The position numbers and the translations under genes were made by a program. From assembly GCF_000008465.1 (NCBI RefSeq), contig NC_006512.1, positions 2,040,001 to 2,072,000 of the forward strand: 32,000 nucleotides of DNA, read 5' to 3'. Numbering within the stretch: position 1 is the first letter of the stretch; the number at the start of each line of letters is the position of its first letter. Source of the stretch: Idiomarina loihiensis L2TR (lineage in GTDB: Bacteria > Pseudomonadota > Gammaproteobacteria > Enterobacterales > Alteromonadaceae). The notes beneath the pieces were generated by a model. The model searched no databases and was not told the DNA's origin. It worked only from the letters and a program-made list of their open reading frames with translations. Shown here piece after piece: positions 30,214-32,000 of this stretch.

Positions 30214-30723
30214 ATGAGTTCCGCAGCACAGAAATTACACGCCAGTTTCCCCAGTGCCGGCTTTCCCAGACGTTTTGTCTCCTGGGTTTATGACTTTTTA
30301 GTCGCCGTAGCTATTATTATGCTCGCTTCAGCCTTGGCTTTACTCTTTGCCGCGCTGCTGACTACTCTTGACTGGTTAGTGTTGCCCGAAGGAATGGATC
30401 ACGCCGCCTGGTTAGCCCAGGGACCTTGGTACAGCTTGTATCTTCTTTCCGTTGTTTCGCTATTTTTTGGCTGGTTCTGGAAACGTTCGGGTCAAACCTT
30501 AGGTATGCGCGCGTGGCGCCTGAAACTTCAAAACCGTGATGGTTCGAGGCTGACTAATCGCCAGGTTTTTATCAGGCTGATTACTTGTTGTGCAGGCCTT
30601 GGAAACCTCTGGGTTCTGGTAGATTTTAAAAACAAACGTGCCTGGCATGATTACGCTGCCGGCACCGAAGTTGTCACGCTTTCAAAAGAAGCAAATCAGC
30701 TGTTCTACTGGAATGAACTTTAG
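30214..30723 (+). CDS. RDD-family membrane protein
   Basis: 169 aa with R...D (FPRRFVSWVYDFLV) and a distal WHD, three TM segments, and a GQTLGMRAWRLKL motif typical of the RDD domain. Confidence 0.75.
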   Translation: MSSAAQKLHASFPSAGFPRRFVSWVYDFLVAVAIIMLASALALLFAALLTTLDWLVLPEGMDHAAWLAQGPWYSLYLLSVVSLFFGWFWKRSGQTLGMRAWRLKLQNRDGSRLTNRQVFIRLITCCAGLGNLWVLVDFKNKRAWHDYAAGTEVVTLSKEANQLFYWNEL

Positions 30724-30732
30724 CCTATAGAG

Positions 30733-30756
30733 GTACGGCCAATTGTCAGGCCGTAC
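30733..30756. terminator. Perfect 8-bp hairpin GTACGGCC-N8-GGCCGTAC between the convergent RDD gene and lptG
   Basis: The inverted repeat was read directly. The right arm lies in the last lptG codons. There is no T-tract, so its function is uncertain. Confidence 0.3.
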
Positions 30757-31816
30757 GCCCTCGCATAAAGTAAACGGCCACTCCGGCAAATAAAATACTG
30801 GGTAATAAAGCTCCCAGAATAGCCGGAATTTGATAAACCTGAGCCAACGGACCAAAAATTTCGTTACTCACATGAAAGCCAAAACCAGTAATAACACCAA
30901 GTAATATTCGGGCACCCATTGTTGTTGATCGCAGCGGGCCAAAAATAAAAGACAAGGCCACCAACAGCATAACCGCTACCGTAATCGGTGCGAAAAGTTT
31001 CCGCCATAACGCCAACTCGTAGCGCTCCGCGGATTGCTGGTTACTCTCTAGGTAGGTTAAGTAGTCCAACAGCCCAGTAATAGAAAGCGACTCTGGTTTT
31101 ATAGTCACCACTCCAAGTTTGTCCGGCGTTAAACTCGACTGCCAAACCATACTAGGCTTTTCATCACGTAACATTCGGATATCATCAAGCTGAGTTACAG
31201 TTACCTGCTGCATGCGCCATTTGTCACCACTGAAATTAGCGGTCCGGGCGTAAGTTACTTTTTGCAACTCACGATTGTCGTTAAAGTCGTAAATTAATAC
31301 GTCGTTAAGCCGTCCGGTATCCTCTACTTCGCCAATATTGATAAAGTCCGAGCCATCTTTTGCCCACACTCCCTGCTGAGCAGATATTAAGCTACCGCCG
31401 GAAATAGCCTGTGAACGTATGGCCCGGCCCTGAGCTTCCATAGGCGGCGCTATCCACTCTCCAATGGCCATAACCGCGACCATCATAATAATAGCTGACT
31501 TCATTACCGCGCCAATAATATTTAAACGCGACCGCCCGGCGGCCATCATGACCACCAGTTCCGAGTTACTGGCAAGCATCCCCACGCCAATGAGCCCGCC
31601 GAGTAAAGCGGCCATTGGAAAGAAAGTTTCAACATCGCGCGGCAGGCTGTAAAACACAAAGAGCGCCGCATCCATAACATTGTAGTCGCCGCGACCCACC
31701 GCTTTAAGCTGCTCCACAAAGCGGATTAACGAGGAAAGCCCGGTTAATACGGCCAGACTTAAAAGCGATGTCCGTAATACGGAAAGCCCAATGTACTTAT
31801 CTAAAATACTAAACAT
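30746..31816 (-). CDS. lptG: LPS export ABC transporter permease LptG
   Basis: 356 aa, MFSILDKYIG..., with six TM helices and a central periplasmic beta-jellyroll region. Its ATG overlaps the upstream gene's TGA (ATGA). Confidence 0.92.
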   Translation of the reverse strand: MFSILDKYIGLSVLRTSLLSLAVLTGLSSLIRFVEQLKAVGRGDYNVMDAALFVFYSLPRDVETFFPMAALLGGLIGVGMLASNSELVVMMAAGRSRLNIIGAVMKSAIIMMVAVMAIGEWIAPPMEAQGRAIRSQAISGGSLISAQQGVWAKDGSDFINIGEVEDTGRLNDVLIYDFNDNRELQKVTYARTANFSGDKWRMQQVTVTQLDDIRMLRDEKPSMVWQSSLTPDKLGVVTIKPESLSITGLLDYLTYLESNQQSAERYELALWRKLFAPITVAVMLLVALSFIFGPLRSTTMGARILLGVITGFGFHVSNEIFGPLAQVYQIPAILGALLPSILFAGVAVYFMRGRTA

Positions 31817-32000
31817 CAGTGCCCCCGCGCAGCGCCAAAGCGCAAGTTTGCCAGTAACCTCAACCCGAGCGGACGCCCCTTACCCACCAGAGCCAACCCA
31901 AAAATCAGCAAAATGAAGTGTATCCACCACAAGCCAATAATAGGCGGAATAACGCCGTCCCGAATGGCTGACTTAGCTGCCATAAGCAATAAAAAGTACC
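31816..32000 (-). CDS. lptF: LPS export ABC transporter permease LptF, 3' end only (gene continues beyond the window)
   Basis: The manual minus-strand translation ending at TGA 31818-31816 is ...YFLLLMAAKSAIRDGVIPPIIGLWWIHFILLIFGLALVGKGRPLGLRLLANLRFGAARGH*. This is a hydrophobic LptF-type C-terminus, coupled to lptG. Confidence 0.8.
   Translation of the reverse strand, partial: YFLLLMAAKSAIRDGVIPPIIGLWWIHFILLIFGLALVGKGRPLGLRLLANLRFGAARGH

Overview
This is a chromosomal segment of a Gram-negative, gammaproteobacterial-type genome, and it is dominated by core housekeeping genes. GC content and taxon were not computed. Left to right the window holds: the 3' part of a six-gene Mrp/Pha cation:proton antiporter operon (+); a convergent porin-like outer-membrane gene (-); a complete 1440-bp IS4-family insertion sequence with 18-bp imperfect terminal inverted repeats and an 11-bp target-site duplication; the full 11-gene S10 ribosomal-protein operon (rpsJ-rplC-rplD-rplW-rplB-rpsS-rplV-rpsC-rplP-rpmC-rpsQ, -) with a consensus sigma70 promoter and an attenuator-like leader; an M19 dipeptidase lipoprotein; a small acidic secreted protein; the divergent dusA/zur pair; zur followed by a tightly packed trio of secreted M1 metallopeptidase, DUF6702-like protein and CheX-like protein; dnaB; an ECF sigma / anti-sigma / DUF4097 module; rpsF-priB-rpsR-rplI; a small membrane protein coupled to rlmB and rnr; two hypothetical genes; tRNA-Leu(CAA); an RDD protein; lptG; and the 3' end of lptF. 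I see no CRISPR array, prophage, toxin-antitoxin pair or recognisable defence island, and I cannot honestly point to a clear-cut undescribed multi-gene system. The most unusual observations are four. (1) The IS sits exactly inside the stem-loop of the S10-operon terminator, and its own 15-bp hairpin abuts the transposase start codon. (2) The S10 operon is uncoupled from both the spc and str/tuf clusters. (3) An ECF sigma module lies between rplI and dnaB. (4) The zur / M1 peptidase / DUF6702-like / CheX-like gene string looks co-transcribed and mixes secreted and cytoplasmic signalling-type products.
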